DNA from: SAR324 cluster bacterium SAR324-CTD7B | GTDB taxonomy: Bacteria > SAR324 > NAC60-12 | Assembly: GCA_002082305.1 (NCBI GenBank) | Contig: LSNO01000076.1 | Coordinates: 1,904 to 65,903 of the forward strand | Reading direction: 5' to 3' | DNA: 64,000 nucleotides | Notes under the pieces: model-generated | Databases searched by the model: none | The model's input: the letters and a program-made list of their open reading frames with translations, nothing else | Told to the model about the DNA's origin: nothing | In this document: positions 34,850 through 45,575 of the stretch, one piece after another | Position numbering within the stretch: the first letter of the stretch is position 1 | Layout: each line of letters starts with the position of its first letter | Program-made: the position numbers and the translations under genes

Positions 34850-37800
34850 ATGCGAAAGAGTAATTCAATTTTTAAATTCGGTTTTTTAGGGTTGATCTTA
34901 ACTTTGCTTCAGATACTTCCCCTGAATAATACTTCCTTTTCTCAAACAACTCCGGAAAAGGCTGCAGAGTTATGGAATTTACGTCAGTCAGAAATTCAAC
35001 AGCTTTATCAGGAAGGTAATCTTGAAGGAGCCTTGAATTCAGCACAGGAATCAGTTTCACTGGCAGAAGTAGCTTTTGGTTCAGGTGCATTAAAAACCAT
35101 TTCCAGTATGTTGTTACAGGCACAAATCCATGGAGAATTAGATCAACTGGAAGAGGCGAATCAGATTTACCAGGTAGCTCTTGAAACTTCAGTTGCTGCT
35201 TTTGGTGAAAGTGATGCGACTACACTTTCCGTTCTTGACAACTATGGTGGATTTCTCAAATCAATTGATCCGGAAATGTCAGAACCGGTTTTACAGGAAG
35301 CTCTTAGGCTTACCACTGAAGATGATCCACAACGTGCTGCCAGATTGAGAGCTCTTGGTCTGAATTTACAGGAATTGGGACGTATCGGTGAAGCAGAAGG
35401 AATGCTTAGTGAAGCACTGAAAGCTTACAAAAAGGTCTTGGGCGAAAATTCTCCGGAAACTCTATCTTCAATGGCTGACTTAGCACAGCTGTACCTGACA
35501 CAGGGGAAATTAAAACCTGCTCAGGAATTGTTTGAAACGGCATTGCCTTTAATGCTAGAGGTTATGAATAAAACGAGTTTTCTGATTTTGGCGAGCAAGG
35601 AAAATCTTGCTGAAATTTATCGTCAGCAAGGAAAATTTTCTCTGGCCGAAAAATTGTTTTTAGAGAGTATGCAGGGTGCAGTTGCAGAATATGGTGAGGA
35701 AGATTCTCTTGTTATACAGGCCAGGAGTCATCTTGCCCAGTTATATGAAGATACGGGCAAGCTAAAAAAGGCATTGCTTTTACATCAGCAGGTTTACGAG
35801 GTCGACTTAGCATTGCTTGGAGAGGCGCATCCAAATACAGCCGGCGACCTGAATAATTTGGCTAGCGTTCGGCGCCGCCTGGGTGATTATCAAAAAGCAG
35901 AAAAACTTTTTAGACAATCTTTAAAAGTGATGATTGCTGCACTTGGTGAAGAAACACCACAGACAGTTTCTGTAATGAACAACCTTGCCTTGTTGTTGGA
36001 AAATCAGGGTTTGTACGATGAAGCAGAACCACTTTTCAAAAAAGCCTTTGCAATTTCCGGAAAAATTCAGGGAGAGAAACATCCAACCTCATTGGCTTTG
36101 CTGAACAACCTTGCTTTTCTTAATGAATCTCAAGGTGACTTTATGCGTTCTGAATTGAATTATAAAAAAGTAATTCAACTCAACACAGAAGTATTTGGCG
36201 AAAATCACACAAACACCATTGCAAATCAAAACAACCTTGCCTATCTTTATTTACGGGATGAACGTTACAACGAAGCCCAACCAATCTTCACCAAAGTTCA
36301 CTCTCAATGGAGCAAATTACTTGGTGCAGAACATCAAAATACTTTGAAAGCCCTTAATAACCTGGGGCGTGTTCAAAAATCACTTGGAAATTTGGAAGCT
36401 GCGGAAAAACATTTGATGGAGGCTTTGGCAGGAAGAACCAAGGTTTTTGGTAAACGTCATGCCGACACTTTGCGCAGTATGAATGATATGGGTGAGCTTT
36501 TTGTGGTGCAGGAAAAGTTGGACGAGGCACTTAAAATGTTTCAGGAAACGCTAAAGCTGGAAGAAGAAGTTTTGGGCGAAAATCATCCTTATACTTTTGA
36601 AACTCTGAATAACCTGGCAGATTTGCTCAAAATTATGGGTAAAACGGAAGAAGCATACAAATTGTTTATGACAGGCTTTGAACGCAGAAATGCATTTTTG
36701 GATCGGGTGCTTTGGGTTGCGGGAGACAATACACGCCAATCTTACATCAGTTTGCACCGACCGGAACAGAATGCTTTGATTCGGATGCTATTGAGTTTGG
36801 ATGACGAACGTACCGCGCGTGATCTTTTTGAAGTGAGTTTGCGGCGTAAAGGTATTTTACTTAAAATTACCAGTGAAACTCAACAAGTCTTAATGCTGTC
36901 TGGTTCACCTGAATTGCAGGCAATAACGGAAGACTTGACCCAAACCCGCAAAACATTAGCAGGACTCACATTGTCCGGACCAACCGATGAAAACCGGAAG
37001 GAGTTTCCAAAAATCATTTTTGATTTGGAGGAAAAAGTTAACATGCTCCAACTAAAACTTGGAGAGCAAAGTGTGCGTTTCCGGCAGTCCACAAAGCAAG
37101 TTACAGTGGACGAGGTAGTTGAGGGAATGGGAGAAAATGCAATGGTTGATTTTATGAGTTTTCGCGGCGAGGATGATTCACTGCGTATGTTAGCAGTTGT
37201 AGTAAATGCAGGAGAGTTCAGTTTTGTTGAATACGAAGATTTAGAATTGATCAGTGCTATTGTCATGGAATTGCGAGAAATTGTTCAGGATGAGGGTGCA
37301 GAAGATGAGGACATTAAAAGCGTTGCCTATGATCTTTGGGAGATTCTTTGGCAACCACTCACAGAATCATTGGGAGAAACAGTATCGATTTTTATTTCGC
37401 CAGACAGTCTCTTAAATGTTTTACCTTTTGATGTTTTAACAGATTCTGATGACAGTTATTTGCTGGAAAATTTTGATTTACGCATCATAAGTTCCGCAAG
37501 AGATTTGGCTCTCGATCCATTGCTTGCCGCAAAAGGTGATTTGATGATTATTGCGGGGCCGGACTATGATTCTGATAAAATCCTTAAAACTCCAGCAGCT
37601 CGAGAAGTAACTCACAAACGATCCCGAAGTGTTGCACGAGGTGCTCGCATGGGTTCCGGATTGCGCGGACTGAATTTTGACCCGCTGCCCGGAGCAGAAA
37701 AAGAAGGAGAAGTTATCAAGGAAGTTTCAGACACAAAGGATCGGAACACCACCATCTTTTCACAAAGAGTTGCAGAAGAAAAACTGCTCCGGGAAATGTC

Positions 37801-38350
37801 TGCACCTCCAGAAGTTCTACACATTGCAACTCATGGATTTTTTCTCAAAGAAGACGAAAAGTTGAAAAAACGCCTGCAGGGTTTAAGTCGGGGCTCGAGC
37901 AGCGTTCCGCCGCCTGCGGATAATCCGTTGCTGCGCGCAGGACTTGCTTTTGCCGGTTTGAACGCGAATGCTTCCATGCTTGGGGAAATTGACACCGACA
38001 ACGATGGAGTTTTAACAGCTATGGAAGTTTTGAGTTTGGATTTAGCCGGAACCCAATTGGTTGTTCTTTCTGCTTGCGAAACTGGTTTGGGAGAGATTCA
38101 CGAAGGCGAAGGCGTCTATGGTTTACGCCGCTCTTTTCAGGAAGCCGGAGTAAAAAACGTGATCAATTCATTCTGGGAAGTCAGCGATGCCGGAACGCAA
38201 TTATTGATGACCAAATTCTATGACAAATTCCTTGCTGGGATGCCAGCCCGGGAAGCAATGCGTGAAGCGCGTCTGGAAATGCTGGATGATGTTCAGTGGA
38301 GTGCTCCATTTTATTGGTCTGCGTTTGTGATGGTTGGACGTAATACTTAA
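34850..38350 (+). CDS. Signal-peptide / TPR-repeat / CHAT-domain (caspase-like) protein
   Basis: 1166 aa. N-terminal hydrophobic segment FKFGFLGLILTLLQILPL. About 13 kinesin-light-chain-type TPRs (recurring NNLA..Y...G.Y..AE.L, aa ~40-610). CHAT domain with HIATHGFF (His995, 37832-37834) and VVLSACETGLGE (Cys1076, 38075-38077). Confidence 0.8.
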   Translation: MRKSNSIFKFGFLGLILTLLQILPLNNTSFSQTTPEKAAELWNLRQSEIQQLYQEGNLEGALNSAQESVSLAEVAFGSGALKTISSMLLQAQIHGELDQLEEANQIYQVALETSVAAFGESDATTLSVLDNYGGFLKSIDPEMSEPVLQEALRLTTEDDPQRAARLRALGLNLQELGRIGEAEGMLSEALKAYKKVLGENSPETLSSMADLAQLYLTQGKLKPAQELFETALPLMLEVMNKTSFLILASKENLAEIYRQQGKFSLAEKLFLESMQGAVAEYGEEDSLVIQARSHLAQLYEDTGKLKKALLLHQQVYEVDLALLGEAHPNTAGDLNNLASVRRRLGDYQKAEKLFRQSLKVMIAALGEETPQTVSVMNNLALLLENQGLYDEAEPLFKKAFAISGKIQGEKHPTSLALLNNLAFLNESQGDFMRSELNYKKVIQLNTEVFGENHTNTIANQNNLAYLYLRDERYNEAQPIFTKVHSQWSKLLGAEHQNTLKALNNLGRVQKSLGNLEAAEKHLMEALAGRTKVFGKRHADTLRSMNDMGELFVVQEKLDEALKMFQETLKLEEEVLGENHPYTFETLNNLADLLKIMGKTEEAYKLFMTGFERRNAFLDRVLWVAGDNTRQSYISLHRPEQNALIRMLLSLDDERTARDLFEVSLRRKGILLKITSETQQVLMLSGSPELQAITEDLTQTRKTLAGLTLSGPTDENRKEFPKIIFDLEEKVNMLQLKLGEQSVRFRQSTKQVTVDEVVEGMGENAMVDFMSFRGEDDSLRMLAVVVNAGEFSFVEYEDLELISAIVMELREIVQDEGAEDEDIKSVAYDLWEILWQPLTESLGETVSIFISPDSLLNVLPFDVLTDSDDSYLLENFDLRIISSARDLALDPLLAAKGDLMIIAGPDYDSDKILKTPAAREVTHKRSRSVARGARMGSGLRGLNFDPLPGAEKEGEVIKEVSDTKDRNTTIFSQRVAEEKLLREMSAPPEVLHIATHGFFLKEDEKLKKRLQGLSRGSSSVPPPADNPLLRAGLAFAGLNANASMLGEIDTDNDGVLTAMEVLSLDLAGTQLVVLSACETGLGEIHEGEGVYGLRRSFQEAGVKNVINSFWEVSDAGTQLLMTKFYDKFLAGMPAREAMREARLEMLDDVQWSAPFYWSAFVMVGRNT

Positions 38351-38354
38351 AAAC

Positions 38355-39203
38355 ATGGAGCAATTAGTCATTCATGGTGGAGCAGGAAGTCTGGAAGGGA
38401 AAACGACTGAAGCTCAGAAAATGCATGATTCCCTTTGTAAGATATGGGAAGAGACATTTGAAGTACTTCAAAAACGCTCTGCAGAAGATGCCGTTCGGCA
38501 TGCTGTCCGGATGCTGGAGGATGATCCTGTTTACAACGCCGGAACTGGATCCAAGCTTCAGGCAGACGGTCAGATACGCATGAGCGCAGCCTTAATGGAC
38601 GGCACTAATAATCGGTTTTCTGGCGTGATCAATGTTCAAAATATCCGGAATCCAATTGAAGCAGCAGCATTGCTGTCCGGAGAAAAACATTCTATTTTAA
38701 GTTCTGCACAGGCAACTGAATTCTGTCGAACAAAAGGCATTCCCGAATACAATCCGGAAACTGAGTTTCGCCTGCACGAATACAAAAGTAATTGTGCCGG
38801 AATTCACGGAACAGTAGGAGCCGTGGCGCTTGACAAAGATGGACATATTTTTGCCGGAACATCAACTGGCGGAATCGGTTGTGAAATTCCTGGACGTGTC
38901 AGTGACAGTCCAACAGTAGCCGGAACATATGCCTCCACAAAAGCAGGTGTTTCCTGTACAGGAATTGGTGAACAAATTACCCAGCAAGCCGCTGCTGCAA
39001 AGGTAGTAACCAGGGTTGGGGATGGAATGTTGCTGAATGAGGCAGTTACCAGAACAATGCATGAAAGTGACGACTTCAATTATTTATATGGGCTGATTAG
39101 TCTGGACTCGGAGGGTCACGTTGAGGTGGGTAAAACAGCTGCGCTGAGTGCTGTTTTCTATGCATTTCACGATGGTGAAAAAATCAGAACATTTTTTGAG
39201 TGA
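38355..39203 (+). CDS. Isoaspartyl peptidase / L-asparaginase (Ntn-hydrolase, type-2 asparaginase family)
   Basis: 282 aa from ATG 38355. IHGGAGS N-terminus, YNAGTGS, autoprocessing/nucleophile block HGTVGAVALD, GTSTGG. Confidence 0.8.
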   Translation: MEQLVIHGGAGSLEGKTTEAQKMHDSLCKIWEETFEVLQKRSAEDAVRHAVRMLEDDPVYNAGTGSKLQADGQIRMSAALMDGTNNRFSGVINVQNIRNPIEAAALLSGEKHSILSSAQATEFCRTKGIPEYNPETEFRLHEYKSNCAGIHGTVGAVALDKDGHIFAGTSTGGIGCEIPGRVSDSPTVAGTYASTKAGVSCTGIGEQITQQAAAAKVVTRVGDGMLLNEAVTRTMHESDDFNYLYGLISLDSEGHVEVGKTAALSAVFYAFHDGEKIRTFFE

Positions 39204-39230
39204 TTAATTTTTTAAAGTTCAGTTGCCTGC

Positions 39231-39761
39231 CTAATATTTGCTGCGCTCATTATCTAACCATTCTCCGATAAAAAGTTGTTGAGAATCTGGCATCTGATAA
39301 CGCTGTTCAAGAATGAAATTGTCCAAAAATGGGCCAGTTTGCAGAAGAAATTGATTCCGCCACATTTCACTTTGTGACAATTTTGCATCAAAGTGCAGTT
39401 TGCCAATTCCAATTTGTCGTCTAAAACGAAAACGCTCCATAGTGTAACCGGATGCGACAAAAACTAATTCAATCGCTGAAGCTTCGAGATCAAAGTGTAT
39501 TCGAAAATGTCCATCCTCTTCCGGAAAAACCAGCCTTGCCTTTGGAGCATAAAGAGGGGATTCGTTTTTAAATTGAATAAATTGCGAATAATATTCAAGA
39601 ACAACGACGAATCCTTTGGATTTTAGGTCATTTCCGTTTTCTTCCAGTAAAGTACCATCAATCCACTGTGTTCCCCATCCGGGTCGATAGTTCAGTGATT
39701 CCGGATAACATCCTCCTGACAAAGTTAGTATCAACAGCAGATACAGAATAAAAAATCTCAT
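39231..39761 (-). CDS. Hypothetical exported protein (possible lipoprotein)
   Basis: 176 aa. N-terminal MRFFILYLLLILTLSGGC, with a Cys after the hydrophobic core but a non-canonical lipobox. No other motif. Confidence 0.4.
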   Translation of the reverse strand: MRFFILYLLLILTLSGGCYPESLNYRPGWGTQWIDGTLLEENGNDLKSKGFVVVLEYYSQFIQFKNESPLYAPKARLVFPEEDGHFRIHFDLEASAIELVFVASGYTMERFRFRRQIGIGKLHFDAKLSQSEMWRNQFLLQTGPFLDNFILEQRYQMPDSQQLFIGEWLDNERSKY

Positions 39762-40032
39762 TCCTCTGGGCTCTCTATAAAGATTGAATCTATCTTGAAG
39801 ATAAGCTAAACCCCCAGAATTGCAAGTTATTGTTCAGGAATTTACAGTGTTGCCAAAACTTTGTAGTTCTTGACCCTGCACTTAGGTTTTGCTAAACTTA
39901 CACGATTGGATTTTAGTTAGACTGAGTTTGCAAATGAGAGAATTATTTTTCATAAAATTATCACTTTTCATTACATAATCAAACAAACTCCGTCTTCTGT
40001 CCTCACAATGCCCAATGTGGCAAAAGGAATCT

Positions 40033-42750
40033 ATGTGGAAAAAAGTTAAAAATATTTTTGGCGATGAAAACGCAAAAACACTGAAGGGCTACCGGAAAGT
40101 GGCGGACAAAATAAATGCGCTTGAACCGGAAATTCAGGCCTTGGCAGATGAAGAATTTCCAAAAAAAACTACAGCATTTCAAACACGACTTGAAAAAGGA
40201 GTAGCTCTGGATGAGCTGATTCCAGAAGCTTTTGCACTCGTTCGGGAAGCCTCACTGCGTGTTATTGGAGAACGCCATTACGACGTTCAGTTACAGGGAG
40301 GTTTGGCGCTGCATCACGGAAACATCGCTGAAATGGCAACCGGTGAAGGAAAAACTTTGTCTTCAACCTGTCCTGTTTATCTCAATGCACTTACTGGAAA
40401 AGGTGTACACATCATCACGCCTAATGATTATCTGGCGAAACGTGACAGCAAATGGATGGGAGCAATTTTTGAGTTTCTTGGTTTGTCTGTCGGCTTGATT
40501 CAGCATGGAATTTATGATGAAGAACGCCGCGCTGCATATGAAGCAGATATTACATACGGTACAAACAACGAGTTCGGTTTTGATTATTTACGCGACAACA
40601 TGAAGTTTTCCCTGGAGGATTATGTTCAGCGAGAATTTAACTTTGCAGTTGTAGATGAGGTTGACAGTATACTGATAGACGAAGCACGGACTCCGTTGAT
40701 TATCAGTGGACCAACTGAAGATAACATAGATAAATATCATCAAATAAATAAGTTCGTATACGGACTCAGTCGTGAAATCCGTAAGGAGGAGGTGGGCAAA
40801 CTACCTCAGGATCAAATGCACAATATTGCCGAAAATCTGGAAGAACTGGAAGACCACGATATTGTGCGTGATGGAGATTATGCGCTCGATGAGAGGGCCC
40901 GCAGTATCAACCTGACAGACCAGGGTTCTGTAAAAATTGAAGGGCGTCTCAGGGATCAGCTGGTTAAAGATACAAGTCTGTTTGATTACGAAAACATGGA
41001 AATTTTACACCATGTTAACCAGGCACTTAAAGCGCACTACCTGTTTAAAAATGATGTCGATTATGTTGTTCAGGAAGGTCAGGTAATCATTGTTGATGAG
41101 TTTACCGGACGACTGATGCCAGGACGGCGCTTTAGCGACGGACTGCACCAGGCCCTGGAAGCAAAAGAGGGCGTCAATGTTGAGCGTGAAAACCAGACAC
41201 TGGCGACGATAACTTTCCAAAATTATTTCCGGTTGTACGATAAACTTTCTGGAATGACCGGAACTGCGGAAACAGAAAAAAATGAATTTAAGAAAATTTA
41301 CAACCTGGGAGTTGTTGTAGTTCCCACAAATAAACCGTTGATTCGAAAGGATCTTTCAGATGTAGTTTTCAAAACGGTTGATGCAAAATATCGTGCAACT
41401 GTTGATCGTATCAAAGTACTTAACGAAAAGGGGCAGCCGGTTTTAGTGGGTACAGTTTCCATCGAGGTGTCTGAGGCCATCAGTAAATTGCTCAAGAAAG
41501 CAGGTATTGAACACGAAGTTCTTAATGCAAAACATCATGAAAGGGAAGCGGAAATAATCTCAAATGCAGGCCAATTTGGGGCAGTGACTATTGCAACCAA
41601 CATGGCTGGTCGTGGTACAGACATAAAGCCTTCACCTGAAACTCTTGAAGTAGGTGGTGTGTTTGTTTTAGGTACAGGAAGGCATGACAGTCGCCGAATC
41701 GACAACCAGTTCCGGGGACGTTCCGGACGGCAGGGGGATCCAGGTGCATCTCAGTTCCTGCTCTCACTTGAAGATGATTTGCTGCGGATATTTGGTGGAG
41801 AACGTATTTCAAACTTGATGGATAAGCTTAACATTGAAGAGGATGAACCGATTGAGCATGTATTCATCACCAAGGCTATTGGGAATGCACAGAAGAAGGT
41901 GGAAGGTTATCACTTTGATATCCGGAAGCACGTTCTTGAATATGATGATGTGATGGAAAAGCAAAGATCCATCATCTATGGCAGGCGCAGAGAAATTCTT
42001 GGAGAAGAGGTGCAGAATCTGATTTTAGAAATGTGCGATGGTGTGGTAGACCAACTGATGGAGCAGCATTGTCAGGATAAATATGTAGATCAATGGGATG
42101 TTCAGGGATTCAACCGTGCATTTGAAGGGGTATTTTCAAAAGTTCCAAACGAAAAATGGTTTGAAGATGAACTTAACACGGATGAATATTCAGAAAAATT
42201 TTATGGCTGGATTGAAGATTTGTACAAAGAAAAAATTGAGTTCTTCCGTAATGTTGCAGAACTTAATTTTGAGCCGGATGTTTCTACTGAAGATCGCAAA
42301 GAAATATTGGGCCAAATGATCCTTGACCTGGAAAGACAAATTTTGTTAAAAGTTAACGATAATCTTTGGAAAGATCACCTGCTTTCAATGGATATGTTGC
42401 GCGAAGGAATCGGCCTCGTTGGTTATGCTCAGAAGAAACCGCTGGACGAATACAGAAAACAGGCTTTTGAAATGTTTTCTGATTTGATGAACAGAATTGA
42501 TAATGAGGCCATCAGCACTTTTTTCAAATTAACAATTGCCCGCCCCATTGCAGAACCTGAACCGGCACCGTTACTGAAGGATGTGGAATTCATACATGGA
42601 GAAGTCGAGATACCGGACGGAACCGAAACAAAAAAGAAAAAACCACAACCTGTCCGTGCACAGTCCACTGTAGGACGCAATGAACCATGTCCTTGCGGCA
42701 GTGGTAAAAAATACAAAAGGTGCTGTGGACTTGCCAAAAAAATTGCCTGA
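40033..42750 (+). CDS. secA: Preprotein translocase ATPase SecA
   Basis: 905 aa from ATG 40033 (AAGGA 4 nt upstream). MATGEGKTL Walker [31 protein letters not shown]-terminal zinc motif [14 protein letters not shown]. Confidence 0.92.
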   Translation: MWKKVKNIFGDENAKTLKGYRKVADKINALEPEIQALADEEFPKKTTAFQTRLEKGVALDELIPEAFALVREASLRVIGERHYDVQLQGGLALHHGNIAEMATGEGKTLSSTCPVYLNALTGKGVHIITPNDYLAKRDSKWMGAIFEFLGLSVGLIQHGIYDEERRAAYEADITYGTNNEFGFDYLRDNMKFSLEDYVQREFNFAVVDEVDSILIDEARTPLIISGPTEDNIDKYHQINKFVYGLSREIRKEEVGKLPQDQMHNIAENLEELEDHDIVRDGDYALDERARSINLTDQGSVKIEGRLRDQLVKDTSLFDYENMEILHHVNQALKAHYLFKNDVDYVVQEGQVIIVDEFTGRLMPGRRFSDGLHQALEAKEGVNVERENQTLATITFQNYFRLYDKLSGMTGTAETEKNEFKKIYNLGVVVVPTNKPLIRKDLSDVVFKTVDAKYRATVDRIKVLNEKGQPVLVGTVSIEVSEAISKLLKKAGIEHEVLNAKHHEREAEIISNAGQFGAVTIATNMAGRGTDIKPSPETLEVGGVFVLGTGRHDSRRIDNQFRGRSGRQGDPGASQFLLSLEDDLLRIFGGERISNLMDKLNIEEDEPIEHVFITKAIGNAQKKVEGYHFDIRKHVLEYDDVMEKQRSIIYGRRREILGEEVQNLILEMCDGVVDQLMEQHCQDKYVDQWDVQGFNRAFEGVFSKVPNEKWFEDELNTDEYSEKFYGWIEDLYKEKIEFFRNVAELNFEPDVSTEDRKEILGQMILDLERQILLKVNDNLWKDHLLSMDMLREGIGLVGYAQKKPLDEYRKQAFEMFSDLMNRIDNEAISTFFKLTIARPIAEPEPAPLLKDVEFIHGEVEIPDGTETKKKKPQPVRAQSTVGRNEPCPCGSGKKYKRCCGLAKKIA

Positions 42751-42846
42751 ACGTTGATGCTGATTTGTACTCAAAACGAGGTACTCCCAGCTGTTTTCAC
42801 AGTTGTAGCTTCCCAATCTTCATCCCAGTTTTATTAAAATAGGTAA

Positions 42847-45522
42847 ATGACTTCATTAGCCAAAGCTTACGACCCCCAAGCTTTTGAATCCAAAATTGCA
42901 GAACAATGGGAAAACAGCGATGCGTTTCGCGCCGATGCACATTCCAACAAACCTGCTTTCACCATTTCCATGCCGCCTCCAAATGCCACCGGACAACTGC
43001 ATGTCGGTCATGCAGTGATGCTGGCTTTGGAAGATATTTTTATTCGCTGGCACCGAATGCAGGGCCATGAAGCACTTTGGCTACCGGGAACCGATCATGC
43101 AGCCATTGCCACTGAAAATGTGGTTTTGCAGCAAATTAAAAAAGAGGAAGGCATTGCTGATCCACGGGAAGTACTGGGACGTGAAGAAATTTTGCGGCGT
43201 ATTGCAGAATATGTGGAAAGCTCCCAGGGTACCATCCGCAATCAGGTAAAAGCGCTGGGATCAAGTTGTGACTGGAGCCGCGAACGTTATACGATGGATC
43301 CGCAGCTCAATCGCTGTGTGAATGAAACTTTTGTGCGGATGTACGAAAATGGATTGATTTATCGTGGACCACGTATTGTAAACTGGGATCCGAATCTCAA
43401 AACCAATGTTTCAGATGATGAAGTAGAACGTAAAGACACGCAATCACCATTTTTCACCTTTCAATACGGTCCTTTCCAAATTGGTACTGTACGTCCGGAA
43501 ACCAAGTTTGGCGACAAATATGTGGTGATGCATCCTGATGATGAACGATATACGCAGTACAAACACGGCGATACATTTGATTGCGAATGGATCAATGGAA
43601 AAATCACTGCCAGCATCATCAAAGATGAAGCCGTTGATCCGGAATTTGGAACCGGAGTGATGACAATTACTCCATGGCACGATAATGTTGACTTTGGTAT
43701 TGCGGAGCGGCACGGTTTGGACAAAGAACCAATAATTGATTTTGATGGTAAATTACTTCCAATTGCACAGGAATTTGCCGGAATGGGAATTGACGAGGCA
43801 CGTCCCAAAATTATGGAAAAACTTCGTGAAAAAGGACTGCTGGTCAATACAGATTCTGGATACGTGCACAGTAAATCATTCAACAGTCGCGGTGGAGGTG
43901 CAATTGAACCGCAAATTCGCGAACAATGGTTTATAGATGTCAATAAACCGGCTGTCGATTGGCATGGAAAAAAGCAAAGCCTCAAAGAGGTTTTGATTGA
44001 TGTAGTTCGTTCCGGCGATATTAAATTGGTTCCGGAACGCTTTGATTCCACTTATTTTTATTGGGTAGAAAATTTACAGGATTGGTGTATTTCAAGGCAA
44101 ATTTGGTGGGGACACCGTATTCCGGTTTATTACAAAGATGGAGAAACACTGGCCAGCATTCGTCCGCCGGAAGAGTTCGATGGTTGGGAACAAGATCCGG
44201 ACACGCTGGATACCTGGTTTTCGTCTGCACTATGGACCTGGAGCACTTTGATTGATCCGGAACTGGCAAAAAATTACTCTTTGTCTCTGGAAGATTTGTT
44301 GGAGCGCAGTCCAGATTTTCAGAAATTCCATCCAACAAATATCATGGAAACAGGTTATGATATATTGTTTTTCTGGGTGGCACGGATGATTTTGATGACG
44401 ACTTATATGTTGCAGAATGTGCCGTTTAAGACAGTTTATCTGCACGGACTTGTGCGAACCCGTGATGGTAAGAAAATGTCAAAATCAGTTCCTGAAACCT
44501 GTATAGACCCGTTGGAAAGTATTGCTGAGCACGGAACAGATGCCTTGAGGCTGGCCTTGATTCAAGGTACCGGACCTGGTCAGGATTTGCGGCTTTATCC
44601 GGAAAAAATGGAAAGCTGCCGTCGTTTTGCCAATAAAATATGGAACGCAGGGCGTTATATTTTGCTGACAATTCCACTTGGAACACCAACCGCTCCTCCG
44701 GAAAAAGTACATTCCGAGTTGGCACAATGGCTTCTACATGGATTGAATGACTTGATCCGGCACTCACAAACCGGCTTGGAAGCACATCGTTTATCAGATG
44801 TTGTTGACTCACTGCGGAGTTTTTTCTGGGGTGAATTTTGTGACTGGTATTTGGAAATGGATAAAAAACCGGAACGTACCGACGAAGACAATCAAGTACT
44901 GGCCTATTCTTATTCGACTTTGTTGAAGCTAATGCACCCCTATGTTCCGTTTGTCACCGAAGCATTGTGGGAGCAATTTAAACAGCCAAAAATGCTGGCC
45001 GTCAGTGAGTGGCCGCAAGAACAGTCTTATTCGTTCTCGGAATCTCACAATCGGATCGAACTTCTTCGTGAGGCAATATCTCAGATTCGTACATTGCGTG
45101 AAAAAGCTAATATCGGCTTGGATAAAAAAATTGGTGCGACACTGGATTCAGAAAAAAATGCTGAATTGTTCCGGACACATCAAAATTTAATTATCCGGCT
45201 TGCACGTTTAAGTGAACTGGAAATCAATGAAAAAACTCCGGACTCTTCCCGGGACAACCTTGGTGCATATTTTAATGAAACCCTTGCAAGCATCGAAGCT
45301 TCTGCGGTTGATTGGAAAAAAGAAATCGAAAGCCTGCAAAAGAAACTCAAGACTGAATCAGGTTTTGTAGAAAAAAGTCTTAAAAAACTCAAAAATCCCG
45401 GATTTCTCGACAAAGCTCCAGAAAAAGTTATTATTGAATTGCGGGAAAAAGTTGCGTCTACCGAAAAAACTCTGGAAGCCTTGAAACTGCAGATCCATGA
45501 ATTAGATAAATTGGTGGAGTGA
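42847..45522 (+). CDS. valS: Valine-tRNA ligase
   Basis: 891 aa. PPPNATGQLHVGH (HIGH), KMSKS, and a C-terminal coiled coil. Confidence 0.92.
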   Translation: MTSLAKAYDPQAFESKIAEQWENSDAFRADAHSNKPAFTISMPPPNATGQLHVGHAVMLALEDIFIRWHRMQGHEALWLPGTDHAAIATENVVLQQIKKEEGIADPREVLGREEILRRIAEYVESSQGTIRNQVKALGSSCDWSRERYTMDPQLNRCVNETFVRMYENGLIYRGPRIVNWDPNLKTNVSDDEVERKDTQSPFFTFQYGPFQIGTVRPETKFGDKYVVMHPDDERYTQYKHGDTFDCEWINGKITASIIKDEAVDPEFGTGVMTITPWHDNVDFGIAERHGLDKEPIIDFDGKLLPIAQEFAGMGIDEARPKIMEKLREKGLLVNTDSGYVHSKSFNSRGGGAIEPQIREQWFIDVNKPAVDWHGKKQSLKEVLIDVVRSGDIKLVPERFDSTYFYWVENLQDWCISRQIWWGHRIPVYYKDGETLASIRPPEEFDGWEQDPDTLDTWFSSALWTWSTLIDPELAKNYSLSLEDLLERSPDFQKFHPTNIMETGYDILFFWVARMILMTTYMLQNVPFKTVYLHGLVRTRDGKKMSKSVPETCIDPLESIAEHGTDALRLALIQGTGPGQDLRLYPEKMESCRRFANKIWNAGRYILLTIPLGTPTAPPEKVHSELAQWLLHGLNDLIRHSQTGLEAHRLSDVVDSLRSFFWGEFCDWYLEMDKKPERTDEDNQVLAYSYSTLLKLMHPYVPFVTEALWEQFKQPKMLAVSEWPQEQSYSFSESHNRIELLREAISQIRTLREKANIGLDKKIGATLDSEKNAELFRTHQNLIIRLARLSELEINEKTPDSSRDNLGAYFNETLASIEASAVDWKKEIESLQKKLKTESGFVEKSLKKLKNPGFLDKAPEKVIIELREKVASTEKTLEALKLQIHELDKLVE

Positions 45523-45575
45523 GTTGATTACAAATTCTTCGTCAATTATAAAGTAAATCTTAAACAAAAGATAAA

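Noticed and set aside
34850-38350. TPR-CHAT protein as part of a type III-E CRISPR (Craspase) system
   Set aside because: No gRAMP/Cas7-11-like gene, other cas gene or repeat array is present anywhere in the window. The protein also has an N-terminal export or anchor segment.
39934-39978. 14-codon uORF (MRELFFIKLSLFIT) about 55 nt upstream of secA, considered as a SecM-like regulatory leader
   Set aside because: It has no RBS, no arrest-peptide-like motif and no signal-peptide length. Chance occurrence in AT-rich DNA is likely.
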